From the IMG/VR virus record IMGVR_UViG_3300027863_000056, positions 1 to 46,212 of that record: 46,212 nt of DNA; one strand, written 5' to 3'. This document shows positions 9,331 to 18,133 of the stretch, piece after piece. A program made the translations under genes and the position numbers. This DNA comes from a virus. Its lineage: Duplodnaviria > Caudoviricetes. Numbering within the stretch: position 1 is the stretch's first letter; every line of letters starts with the position of its first letter. The notes beneath the pieces were generated by a model. The model did not search any database. It worked only from the letters and a program-made list of their open reading frames with translations, and had not been told where the DNA came from.

Positions 9331-10467
9331 TTACAATGTTCCTACTTGACCGTGGAAAATTCCATTTACGTTCGCTAATCTGTCCGCAGACTGGAACTGA
9401 TTAACCGGCGCCTGCCATAAATCGAAGTGTAAGCCGATAATTACATCATAAGACTCAACCACAGAAGATCCAGAACAAGCGTTTGGTATGATACGCATAT
9501 CGTACGTTACACCTGGCAATACAGGATCAGGAATAGTACCTCTTTCAACCACTCCGATTGGCCTTGCATATCCGCCTACATATTCATTGTATGAAGCGAA
9601 TTGCATTGTACCAGGCATGAATGCCAAGAAATCGTAATCAGCCGAACCGATTGAATTTCCCATTGTGAAATCCTTGTAGTACTTGAATCCAGGGTTAGAC
9701 TTCATTTGACCGAAGTCGTTACCGGAGATGTTGCAGCAACCGTAATCAAGCGCGGCCATTGCTAAGTCAAGGTAACCCTCGCCCACAACAATAGGCTGAC
9801 CTGTTAAGGTCGTACGAGCCATTTCTCTTTTGAATTCATTGAAACCAGATAGTACCAATGAACCCTCTTGTAAGCCACTTGTGTTTGTGGTTCTGTACAT
9901 GTTGAATTTTTTGCCGGTTCCGGCAGCAGTACCAACATAACCACCAATACCAAGAGCTGCAGATGTGTGCAAGTCATTATTGATAGCTTGGCGCATTGCG
10001 TCAAAATCCATCATAATTTCCATTACCTGCTCAGCCATCAATTGAAGGTTGTATGAATTACCTTCCCATGTATTGAATGCAGCACCGGGAACTGCTTTAA
10101 GCTGACTTGATGCGTCACAAAGCGTTCTGATTGTCGATTCTTTTACATTGATTGTGTGCTGGCGATACTGATTAACCGTGAAGATTTCTTCGAAGTAAGG
10201 CTTAGGCGTACCTGTTGCACAGTCTTTGGCTGTAGCGGTATCGCTTGGCGTTGCACGCTGTTTGTGTTTGATACGAACGGTTTTAGGGTTACCGTTTTGT
10301 GCGTCTACATTTTGCACAACCGAACCCGGCTGTCTGTTTGTAGGATCAAGAAGGGCTTGTGTTAAGCCGACTTGTGTAAACAAGGAGTCTGGTGCTCCGT
10401 CTTTTAAAATTTCATTTAACCCAATTAATATGGCCGGACATACGGCATTTTGCTGTTGGATAGACAT
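9331..10467 (-). CDS. major capsid protein
   Basis: 378 aa directly after a coiled-coil scaffold gene; assigned by synteny and size. Confidence 0.75.
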   Translation of the reverse strand: MSIQQQNAVCPAILIGLNEILKDGAPDSLFTQVGLTQALLDPTNRQPGSVVQNVDAQNGNPKTVRIKHKQRATPSDTATAKDCATGTPKPYFEEIFTVNQYRQHTINVKESTIRTLCDASSQLKAVPGAAFNTWEGNSYNLQLMAEQVMEIMMDFDAMRQAINNDLHTSAALGIGGYVGTAAGTGKKFNMYRTTNTSGLQEGSLVLSGFNEFKREMARTTLTGQPIVVGEGYLDLAMAALDYGCCNISGNDFGQMKSNPGFKYYKDFTMGNSIGSADYDFLAFMPGTMQFASYNEYVGGYARPIGVVERGTIPDPVLPGVTYDMRIIPNACSGSSVVESYDVIIGLHFDLWQAPVNQFQSADRLANVNGIFHGQVGTL

Positions 10468-10504
10468 GATTAGCGTTAATTAAACGTTAACCAATAAATA
10501 AATC

Positions 10505-11395
10505 TTAGATGATACCCTGATCCTTCATTGCTTGGGATAAAGCGTCATGCGTAGGCTTAGTCATTGGTGGCGTTTTCGGCTGAGATGGATTAGCCGCAGG
10601 TATTGGTGTATGTGTGTTCGGTGTCTGGGTAGATGCCGCTAAAAATTTGTTTTCGGCAAGTGTTCTCGCCGCGATTTGTTCAAATGTAATCTTTTTATTT
10701 GAAGTATCAAAATATTCCAAATCCGGACTATCCGATTTTACAAATTTAATGTTTCCATCGGCATCTAAAACGGGTTTTGCACCTAATTTCTGAAGCTCTT
10801 TTTCAACGGCAAGCCTTCCCAATGTGCCACGCATGTCTGCAGGATAATTCTCAGACCATTTTTGAGAATTAAGCACCGAATCCATTTTTGAATTCAATAC
10901 ATAACTATGGTGATGAGAATCTTTTTCCGCAAGTTTCGATTCATAATCAGTTTTGGTCTGATTAACCGTAGCGTTCAACTTTTCGATTTCAGCTTTATAT
11001 TTTGCTTCAATTTCTTCTGTCTTTGCTCCTTTTTGGCCGGACTTTGCGCTTTCAATTTTTTCATTCAAAAATGAAATTAGCATTTCCTGTTTTTTGCCTG
11101 TGTTTTTCTCAGCATTCAACTGAGCTATTTGAGATTCGTCAAGACCGCTGTTTTCTGCAGTCATTGCAATTGTCTTATCGAATCCATTAAACGCTTGTGC
11201 AACAAAATGCTTTTTAATTTCAGCATTGTTTTTCGCCCATGAAATCGCCTCATTAGCATTCATTAACGAATTTAACGCTTCCTCTCCTACCGATGGAATT
11301 TGCGTTGTGATCGATGCAATATCTTTGAAACTTGGGTCTGTCGTGTCAATTCCAGCACGCTCTAAAACCGACATTAAATATTCTCCGGCTTTCAT
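10505..11395 (-). CDS. capsid scaffolding protein
   Basis: Coiled coil, Pro-rich linker, short C-terminal helix; upstream of the capsid gene. Confidence 0.7.
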   Translation of the reverse strand: MKAGEYLMSVLERAGIDTTDPSFKDIASITTQIPSVGEEALNSLMNANEAISWAKNNAEIKKHFVAQAFNGFDKTIAMTAENSGLDESQIAQLNAEKNTGKKQEMLISFLNEKIESAKSGQKGAKTEEIEAKYKAEIEKLNATVNQTKTDYESKLAEKDSHHHSYVLNSKMDSVLNSQKWSENYPADMRGTLGRLAVEKELQKLGAKPVLDADGNIKFVKSDSPDLEYFDTSNKKITFEQIAARTLAENKFLAASTQTPNTHTPIPAANPSQPKTPPMTKPTHDALSQAMKDQGII

Positions 11396-11739
11396 TATTC
11401 AGTTGGTTTAATTTTTTTAGGATTTTTTTTCGCTTCATATCCTGGAATAAATTCGTGTTCCAAATCATCTTCCTCTGGATCTTCTTTATCCTTTTACTTA
11501 ACAGGCTTGATGACCTTCTTTTCAACAGGCGCATATTCAACATTGCGCCATGAAACATGCCTGTCTTTTTTAGGTAACGAAAGCTGTTCGTTTGCCAGTT
11601 CTTTTGAAACACGAATGGTTCTTTCGTTGTATGTTTCATTTTCTTTATCATGCTCACGCTTGATAACCATTACATGAATATCCGGGTCGAATTCAATTAC
11701 TCCCTTTTGATCCATAGGTTCTAATTTCCCTTTTGCCAT
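11395..11739 (-). CDS. charged hypothetical protein; 81 aa to TAA at 11494-11496, frame stays open to 11395
   Basis: After the TAA the frame reads KDKEDPEEDDLEHEFIPGYEAKKNPKKIKPTE and ends in TAATG with the scaffold start. Confidence 0.65.
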
Positions 11740-12413
11740 TATCGTAGACTACTTTTTGTACCATCCTGATTAATTAACGCCGGATGTATCGCGTATACTT
11801 TTAATTCTTTTTGAATGTCTGCCAGAACATTATCTATTGAGGCGTATAATTCTTTTGTATTATCGATCAAATAATCAATACACTTTAATCGAACTGCGTA
11901 TGCGTGTGTAAGCCAGCAGCGATCAGCACGGTACACATTTTCTGAAATATGCTCCTTTAGGTTCATTGTACCGCATAAATGTTCTGTACCTGCTGCAGGG
12001 TGATCGTAATTCCATTGGCCGAAATAAATCATATCCCAATCATCCGGAATATTTTTTATTGCCTGTTCAAACTTTTCTTTGAACCCTTCACAGAATATCG
12101 CATCATCTTCAAGTATTAATGTTTTATCAAATCCATGCTCTTTTATCTTCCGGTAAATGGTTGTATGAGAAATAAAACAACCTATCTCGCCATTATTTAA
12201 TAATCTGAATTGATTGCCAATCTTGCCATCTGCCAGCAATATCGGAGTGCTGCGGTGCATGTTCAGGTTCGTGTGATCCAGTTCGCCGCCATATATTGCG
12301 TTGAAGCGTTCGGCTTCAATTGATAGCTCACGAAATCGAACGATCATGTTTCTGAATCGATCCATTCTGTTGCGTGAGTTTATCCAATATATTTTGTCGA
12401 ATAACGAATTCAT
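11739..12413 (-). CDS. glycosyltransferase family 25
   Basis: IYWIN..R.DR, RFNAIYG, GEIGCFISH, LILEDDA, WDMIYFG, THAY. Start at 12413 gives an ATGA overlap. Confidence 0.92.
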   Translation of the reverse strand: MNSLFDKIYWINSRNRMDRFRNMIVRFRELSIEAERFNAIYGGELDHTNLNMHRSTPILLADGKIGNQFRLLNNGEIGCFISHTTIYRKIKEHGFDKTLILEDDAIFCEGFKEKFEQAIKNIPDDWDMIYFGQWNYDHPAAGTEHLCGTMNLKEHISENVYRADRCWLTHAYAVRLKCIDYLIDNTKELYASIDNVLADIQKELKVYAIHPALINQDGTKSSLR

Positions 12414-12622
12414 ATAATCTTTATTAGCAAAATAATTGTTGCAATAAATGCGACTATAAAACACAAAATTAATGGAACAGCGTAAAGCATCATGTGCGCA
12501 AAAAAGTATTTTTGATACCATTTTTTATCACATAAAAAGCCCTGAATCCCCCAGTTAATAACACACCAAAAGATTGAAAGCATTAATACCAATACAAATA
12601 TTTGTTCCTGATGATCTGTCAT
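12410..12622 (-). CDS. small 2-TM membrane protein
   Basis: Two hydrophobic helices; coupled to both neighbours by ATGA overlaps. Confidence 0.7.
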   Translation of the reverse strand: MTDHQEQIFVLVLMLSIFWCVINWGIQGFLCDKKWYQKYFFAHMMLYAVPLILCFIVAFIATIILLIKII

Positions 12623-13275
12623 TTCTTTATCACTCCGATATGATGCACTTTCGGCGCATCGGTTAATTTTCCTAAATAAGCGAATGTTTTTACTCCGGTC
12701 TTTTTCAAATGTTCCGCAAATGCCAATTCATTATATGGCGAAACTTGCGCAATTGACGAATAGCGGTAAACACAGGGATTGTGGGTGAAAAACTTATCTT
12801 GAAATACTAAGTTTGTTCCTGCAATATTTCCCTGCCTGTATGTTCTGTACGGTACTTTGTACATGCCTCCTGCTTCGATCTCATCATCATACCATGCTTG
12901 ACGCTGCAATGCAACCTGCCCTATCATGCGATTCATTTCAAGCGGACGTATCATCTCTTCAACTGCTATCTGCTCGTTATATGTAAAGTCGTTTTCTTGA
13001 TGCCAGATATAAGCACACTCCGGAACTTCTTTCCAAACATTCTGCACTGCCTGATCAATGCCGTTATTTTTATCTGATAGGATTACGCGGTCTATTTTAT
13101 ATTCGAGTGCGATACGTGATAGTAATTCTTCATCCCTACCATCCGGCATGTCATCGTAAAGTATTTTATATAATTCTGCTTCGAATGGAAACACAACATT
13201 TTTAACAAGGCTTTTTAAAGTCTGCTCTAAATAGTCGTTGCGACCATCGTTTAATATGATTACACAGATTTTCAT
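12619..13275 (-). CDS. GT-A fold glycosyltransferase (GT2-like)
   Basis: ICVIIL..GR.DYL.QTL.S, YDD, N.G, HQENDF, FTHNP. Confidence 0.85.
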   Translation of the reverse strand: MKICVIILNDGRNDYLEQTLKSLVKNVVFPFEAELYKILYDDMPDGRDEELLSRIALEYKIDRVILSDKNNGIDQAVQNVWKEVPECAYIWHQENDFTYNEQIAVEEMIRPLEMNRMIGQVALQRQAWYDDEIEAGGMYKVPYRTYRQGNIAGTNLVFQDKFFTHNPCVYRYSSIAQVSPYNELAFAEHLKKTGVKTFAYLGKLTDAPKVHHIGVIKK

Positions 13276-13835
13276 TCGTATATAGCCGTTTTGTCTGCTT
13301 GTCTTAAAAGCTTTGCAAACGTATCTACAAACTTTTCATTTTTATTTAATTCATTTTCATGCATAGCGTCCAGTATTGCATGAACCCTCTCATGATAAAA
13401 TGTTTCTTCTACTCTATCTTCTGATAGTGGGATAACGCCATTCATTTTAGACATTGTAATAGTTTGTGTGGCGTAACTCCACTCCCCATAGAAGTCTCCA
13501 TTTTGAGATTTAATTTCGTCCCAAACAATATTTACGGTTGTTGCAAAAAGGACAAATGATTTGGGTATTGTTAAAACATTTTGTTTATTTTCAAATATTC
13601 CAACTGGATTTTTAAATGGTGATTTAAATATTCCATACCTAAATGCTGTTTGGCAAGATGTTTCAATTATTGCATTAGCATATAGCGAATACTCATTAGT
13701 AGACATTCTTACGAAATCATAATTATTATTATATCCACCAACAAAGAATTTTTTAATTAGACATACTTCTGAATCAGATAAATCATTTCGTAAAATTTTA
13801 ATCCATTCATTAAATAATTCGTCCTTTTCTGTCAT
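13272..13835 (-). CDS. protein with C-terminal HExxH zincin-like domain
   Basis: YGEW......I...ETFYHERVHAIL...NEKFVD. Confidence 0.65.
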   Translation of the reverse strand: MTEKDELFNEWIKILRNDLSDSEVCLIKKFFVGGYNNNYDFVRMSTNEYSLYANAIIETSCQTAFRYGIFKSPFKNPVGIFENKQNVLTIPKSFVLFATTVNIVWDEIKSQNGDFYGEWSYATQTITMSKMNGVIPLSEDRVEETFYHERVHAILDAMHENELNKNEKFVDTFAKLLRQADKTAIYE

Positions 13836-14467
13836 ACTGTAAATATTAAATTCTCGTAATTCTTATGATGTAATTTCATTCCGAACTTAGCGCAATAATC
13901 AATGTACTTTTGATCGTCGATTGAGTTGGATTCAATGCAAAGCATTTTACACCCGAGTTCTTTTAAATCCATTTGAATCAATACATCGTAGTCGAGGCCT
14001 TCAATGTCTATTGAAATAAAATCGAATGTTTTAAGGTTTGACGTTTTCATGAATGTTTTAAAATCTAAAACATTCACAATTTCAGGAGTAAATATTTGTG
14101 TCTCCCCCCACCTTATTGTCTCTCCTTGTTTTAGGGTAGATAGCAAATCTGTATCTCCATTTTTTAAATGTGAATCCGATCTTAATATTTCAGCTTCTCC
14201 ATTTTCAACTCCGATTGCTATGTTAGATATTTGAATATCTAACCGACGATAATACAATTGTCTAAGCTTTTCAAATGGTGTAGGGCACGGCTCTACACAA
14301 TGCCCTCTCCATCTCTGCCTTGCAAGACCATGAGTGTTACTAAGAGTCATTCCATCGTTTGCTCCTAAATCCAAAAATGTACCAGATAATTGTTTTTTAT
14401 CAATTAAGAAATACATATTAATTATGTGTTCCTCATCATTTTGAGAGTGATATATTCTTCTTTGCAT
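13832..14467 (-). CDS. FkbM-family SAM methyltransferase
   Basis: YHSQNDEE, FLDLGANDG..LSNT, VEP, FDFISIDIEGLD, CIE. Confidence 0.93.
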   Translation of the reverse strand: MQRRIYHSQNDEEHIINMYFLIDKKQLSGTFLDLGANDGMTLSNTHGLARQRWRGHCVEPCPTPFEKLRQLYYRRLDIQISNIAIGVENGEAEILRSDSHLKNGDTDLLSTLKQGETIRWGETQIFTPEIVNVLDFKTFMKTSNLKTFDFISIDIEGLDYDVLIQMDLKELGCKMLCIESNSIDDQKYIDYCAKFGMKLHHKNYENLIFTV

Positions 14468-14468
14468 G

Positions 14469-15137
14469 TTACATTCCTCTGCAGGTAAATATTACTTTAT
14501 CCAAATCAGCCGGATAGTAAGACACTAGCTGACCGAATGGCGTTAATTTCATTTTTAATTTATTGGCAATAATCGAAGCGCATGCCTGATCCTGTCTGTG
14601 AAACATGAAGCGCGGATCTGAACTTTGGTTATCGTGTTCACGGCTTCCGCTGAACGCTCCATCTTTAGCAGACCGAAGCCATGTATCAATAAATTCCTTT
14701 GCGATTGGATTTTCAAGATTAACGCCAAAGCACCCTGTTTGACCATCCGGAAAAGTTTCTGCTGTATCCCTGTCAACTCCGAAGTAATGCAAGCATTTAT
14801 CCGAACAAACATTTGCACAATTGAATCCTGACATTCCTATGTAATAACCTTCGTCGTTGATTATATCCATCATTTTATTAGGATCGCCGATCACCCACAT
14901 ACTGCAATCCATCCATAAGATATGCGTATAACCTTGCTTAATTGCTTCTTCAAATGCTGCGGCCTTTGCATTGTAAATACAAGATTTGTCGAAGTTATCA
15001 TTAGGCCAATCCGTCCATGTAAGTATATCCCAGTTCCACCCGTGCATATCAAGTGAGCGTACAAGTCTTTTTTGTCCCACCGGATACCATGCACCGATAC
15101 CAACATTTATTACACAAGCTTTTTTATGTGATTCCAT
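14469..15137 (-). CDS. putative nucleotide-diphospho-sugar transferase (GT-A like)
   Basis: K...F..A...GY..ILWMDCS and HRQDQ motifs; cluster context. Confidence 0.65.
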   Translation of the reverse strand: MESHKKACVINVGIGAWYPVGQKRLVRSLDMHGWNWDILTWTDWPNDNFDKSCIYNAKAAAFEEAIKQGYTHILWMDCSMWVIGDPNKMMDIINDEGYYIGMSGFNCANVCSDKCLHYFGVDRDTAETFPDGQTGCFGVNLENPIAKEFIDTWLRSAKDGAFSGSREHDNQSSDPRFMFHRQDQACASIIANKLKMKLTPFGQLVSYYPADLDKVIFTCRGM

Positions 15138-15744
15138 ACTTGGCGTTGTGATCTTCGTGTTTATATCGATAGTAGTACATGACCTGATTAATGTATGCGC
15201 ATGATTTTAACAGAGGCATTACACGCATTGAGTAATCGTAGTCCTCAGCATAACGCATGTCTTTAAACCCAGCCTGTAAAGCTAATTCACGGCGTACAGG
15301 TGTCTTATGATAAATTGATCTGACAAACCTAAAGTTCTCTTTATTTTCGCCCCAATCTTTATATTTCAGATGCGCACTTGCCAAGCATTTTTCTTTTCCT
15401 TCAAATGTGCATTCGATCTGAAATCCAACACAATCGCTTCCGGTATTATCAAGTATTTTTTCAATGTAGTTTGATGCGACCCAGTCGTCATCATCAATGA
15501 ATACAACGTATTCACCCTCGGCCATTTCAAGAAGCCTCTGTCTTTTTGCGCCAATTGAAATTTCTTTATTGTCCTTCAATGGAACAATCTGAACCACATC
15601 TTTTAGGCAACCCAAATCAATTTGCCTTTCAAGCTCATTATTTAAAGCATCAAATAAATGCTCTCTGCCAACTATTGTAGGAAGTAAGACAGATAGTTTA
15701 TATAGGGAATCCACAGGCTCTTCGTTTAAAGTAATTTTCTTCAT
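15124..15744 (-). CDS. glycosyltransferase family 2
   Basis: LSVLLPT..GR, SIGAKR..L...A.GEYVVFIDDDD, AEDYD. Start uncertain (15744 chosen). Confidence 0.92.
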   Translation of the reverse strand: MKKITLNEEPVDSLYKLSVLLPTIVGREHLFDALNNELERQIDLGCLKDVVQIVPLKDNKEISIGAKRQRLLEMAEGEYVVFIDDDDWVASNYIEKILDNTGSDCVGFQIECTFEGKEKCLASAHLKYKDWGENKENFRFVRSIYHKTPVRRELALQAGFKDMRYAEDYDYSMRVMPLLKSCAYINQVMYYYRYKHEDHNAKYGIT

Positions 15745-16351
15745 CAAAAGCCCAATGCGTATCATTGCGTTGATACAATGCATCATCCGGCACACCATTT
15801 CCCCAGCTTGGGTGCATGTGTTTTATAATCGGAATTCCAATGAGTTTTATTTTTCCGGCACCCTGTGCAACCTCTGTGAATTCATTATCACAGAAAAAAG
15901 ATTTGTATGATGGGTGGTACAGATAACCAAATCGGTTATAGTAATCTTTGCCAACGCATGATAATGTACATACCCGCTTCTGGTAGCCATCGAAGTACCA
16001 CATGCATTGGTCGTAATTTCCGTTGAAATCTTCGATTATGCGCTGATCCCAATTCAGCAAACCGACTTTCATATCGTCAGATATAAGAAGGATAATTTCC
16101 CAGGGATTCGCTTTTTCAATATCCGCGTTACAGGCTTGTATTTTTGTTTTTGAGTCGCCTTTAAAAAACACAACATTTGGATGAAACGCTTGTGCCTGAT
16201 TAATGACATAATCGGTCATTGTTTCATCATCATTGTCGATAGATATTAGATACTGAATCCGGCTATTATCCTTTGCTAGGCGAATATAATCGGATAGCGT
16301 TTTAAGGAATAATTCAGGTCTTGACCGTGTTGGAAACTTTACTAAGATCAT
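15698..16351 (-). CDS. GT-A fold glycosyltransferase (GT2-like)
   Basis: LVKFPTRSRP, IDNDD, K..ACN, LISDDM, FCDNE, H.HP. ATG at 16351. Confidence 0.85.
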   Translation of the reverse strand: MILVKFPTRSRPELFLKTLSDYIRLAKDNSRIQYLISIDNDDETMTDYVINQAQAFHPNVVFFKGDSKTKIQACNADIEKANPWEIILLISDDMKVGLLNWDQRIIEDFNGNYDQCMWYFDGYQKRVCTLSCVGKDYYNRFGYLYHPSYKSFFCDNEFTEVAQGAGKIKLIGIPIIKHMHPSWGNGVPDDALYQRNDTHWAFDEENYFKRRACGFPI

Positions 16352-16354
16352 GCA

Positions 16355-16362
16355 CAAAAATA
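16355..16362 (-). promoter_or_regulatory. Bacteroidota -7 element TAnnTTTG upstream of the glycosyltransferase cluster
   Basis: TATTTTTG on the minus strand, 3 nt from the ATG; no clear -33 box. Confidence 0.45.
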
Positions 16363-16428
16363 GATAACCTTTTTTTTGCGCTTGTCGTATAATGTATTAT
16401 CTTGTAACATCAAATAACAGGATACAAC

Positions 16429-16608
16429 ATGGCAGCAAAACCAATCACTGAATGCACATCTTATACTCAGTTTTTGTGCGAGGATGAAAAAAAAATAATC
16501 AGAAAATTTCAGAGGGATTACGAAGAAATTTACGGAAAAAGACCAAGCATGCCGGATGCAGTTTCGGACATTATCCGGGAATACGGAGAACTTAAAAACA
16601 AAAAGTAA
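16429..16608 (+). CDS. 59-aa putative ribbon-helix-helix regulator (not in the ORF track)
   Basis: MAAKPITECTSYTQFLCEDEKKIIRKFQRDYEEIYGKRPSMPDAVSDIIREYGELKNKK; TAATG overlap with the next gene. Confidence 0.6.
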   Translation: MAAKPITECTSYTQFLCEDEKKIIRKFQRDYEEIYGKRPSMPDAVSDIIREYGELKNKK

Positions 16609-16931
16609 TGAAAAAGATAATTTTTATTTTGCTTGCAATATCAATATTTGCATGCAAACACCACAAATCAGACGATCCGCAGCCTGCATCTAAGGCGGTG
16701 AGCTATAAAATTACTATTGTAAATAATAAAGACTCTGCATTTACTATTACATATACAGACGATGCGTTAAGCGGGACTCAATATGCTAATATTGATAAAA
16801 AAAGCACCTATGTTTTAACACATACATTTCAAAATGGCGCACCGTCTAATAATAATATTTATGTTTATTACGGGTCAACAAAGGTTGGATATGTTTTTTG
16901 GCAAAATAACCAAACCTTCACATGGAATTAA
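16608..16931 (+). CDS. lipoprotein (SPII), possibly surface exposed
   Basis: MKKIIFILLAISIFA-C followed by KHHKSDD. Confidence 0.85.
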   Translation: MKKIIFILLAISIFACKHHKSDDPQPASKAVSYKITIVNNKDSAFTITYTDDALSGTQYANIDKKSTYVLTHTFQNGAPSNNNIYVYYGSTKVGYVFWQNNQTFTWN

Positions 16932-17260
16932 GCAATAAAATAAATGTAATTGATGAAATATGCAATCTGCACCCATCGCTTGGTGTAGAAAAGGGATGGA
17001 GTCATTATACTGGCGGTATGAAAGATTCTGGCGATTGGTATTTTAGAAAAATGCTTGACGTGCCTATTGAAGAATTAAATGATTTTTTGACAAATAAATT
17101 ATTATCCGAACAGGAAAATAAATTGGCACAGATAAAAGAAGAAGAATATTTTAAATCATCAGGAATGAGTATTGATGAATGGAATATGAAGCGTTTTGAT
17201 GATATGGCAAAACACATTAACGAACAAATGATTAAAAGCATGTTTGGCGGCAAAATATAA
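16922..17260 (+). CDS. hypothetical protein
   Basis: 112-aa ORF overlapping the lipoprotein stop. Confidence 0.7.
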   Translation: MELSNKINVIDEICNLHPSLGVEKGWSHYTGGMKDSGDWYFRKMLDVPIEELNDFLTNKLLSEQENKLAQIKEEEYFKSSGMSIDEWNMKRFDDMAKHINEQMIKSMFGGKI

Positions 17261-18133
17261 CTAAATATAAAAAATATTAGTCGCCGCATCATATAGCTCT
17301 TTGCTCACAGGTATTAGATAATGCCTGCAATTATAGCCACCTCTATAAATTGGAAATGTTGTCCAATTTTCGCCTTTAACCATTCCCTGCCACCCTTTGC
17401 CGCCGTTCAGTAGCATTTGTTGCTGAACATATTTTTTTAAATCATCTTCTGCAATATATTTGCCCGCAATTCGTCTGCAAAAATCCCGTGTATCTGAAAT
17501 CTTTGTTCCCTTATAATAATAGTGCGCCAGACCAAGGTCTTTGCTTACTGTATTAATGTAGTTTGAGTTGAACTGAGAAATTGAATCTGAAGAAACCTGG
17601 CTGGCGTACTTGTGAAGTATTGAATTATCGCCTATCAACACATCTTTAAGCGACTGTGTGAATTCTGCTTTACTTGAACCTGTCGTTATCTGGTTGCGCA
17701 GGATATTCATTACAGGGTCGGTAAAATTAGCATCCACGCCAGAGCCTAGTAGTGATTGTGTAGTGCTTTGGATGTTTGATTGCAGGATTGCATTGTACAG
17801 CGCATCCGATTGCTTAAACGTGCTTGATACGGCAGAAAAATAGTTGTTCAGATAATCCGCACTCGAACTATAGCCAGAAACAAAATCTTTTACTGCATCC
17901 CCATACGAACCATTTTCAAGCGTTGTACTGATTCGTGTTTTAAACGAATTGAGGGCTTTAAGATTGTTTACACTTGCATTTATATTGGTGCCGGTACGGT
18001 CAAGTTCTGAGTACAGATCATTTATAATACCAATCAGTTCGTCATTAACGCCAGGTATTTTAGCCTCAAATGTTTTGAGTAAAGACTGAATGTGATCTTC
18101 CAGATCATCAAAGTATGATATTGGATCAGGCAT
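17261..18133 (-). CDS. minor head morphogenesis protein (Mu gpF / SPP1 gp7-like)
   Basis: Y.G....DTRDFC and GGYNCRH; follows the portal. Confidence 0.85.
   Translation of the reverse strand: MPDPISYFDDLEDHIQSLLKTFEAKIPGVNDELIGIINDLYSELDRTGTNINASVNNLKALNSFKTRISTTLENGSYGDAVKDFVSGYSSSADYLNNYFSAVSSTFKQSDALYNAILQSNIQSTTQSLLGSGVDANFTDPVMNILRNQITTGSSKAEFTQSLKDVLIGDNSILHKYASQVSSDSISQFNSNYINTVSKDLGLAHYYYKGTKISDTRDFCRRIAGKYIAEDDLKKYVQQQMLLNGGKGWQGMVKGENWTTFPIYRGGYNCRHYLIPVSKELYDAATNIFYI

Noticed and set aside
11739-16351. GtrABC serotype-conversion cassette
   Set aside because: No 4-TM GtrA, no TM-tailed GtrB and no polytopic transferase are present
16385-16397. loxP-like 13-mer TCGTATAATGTAT
   Set aside because: There is no second inverted arm and no Cre-like gene; it falls within a promoter spacer
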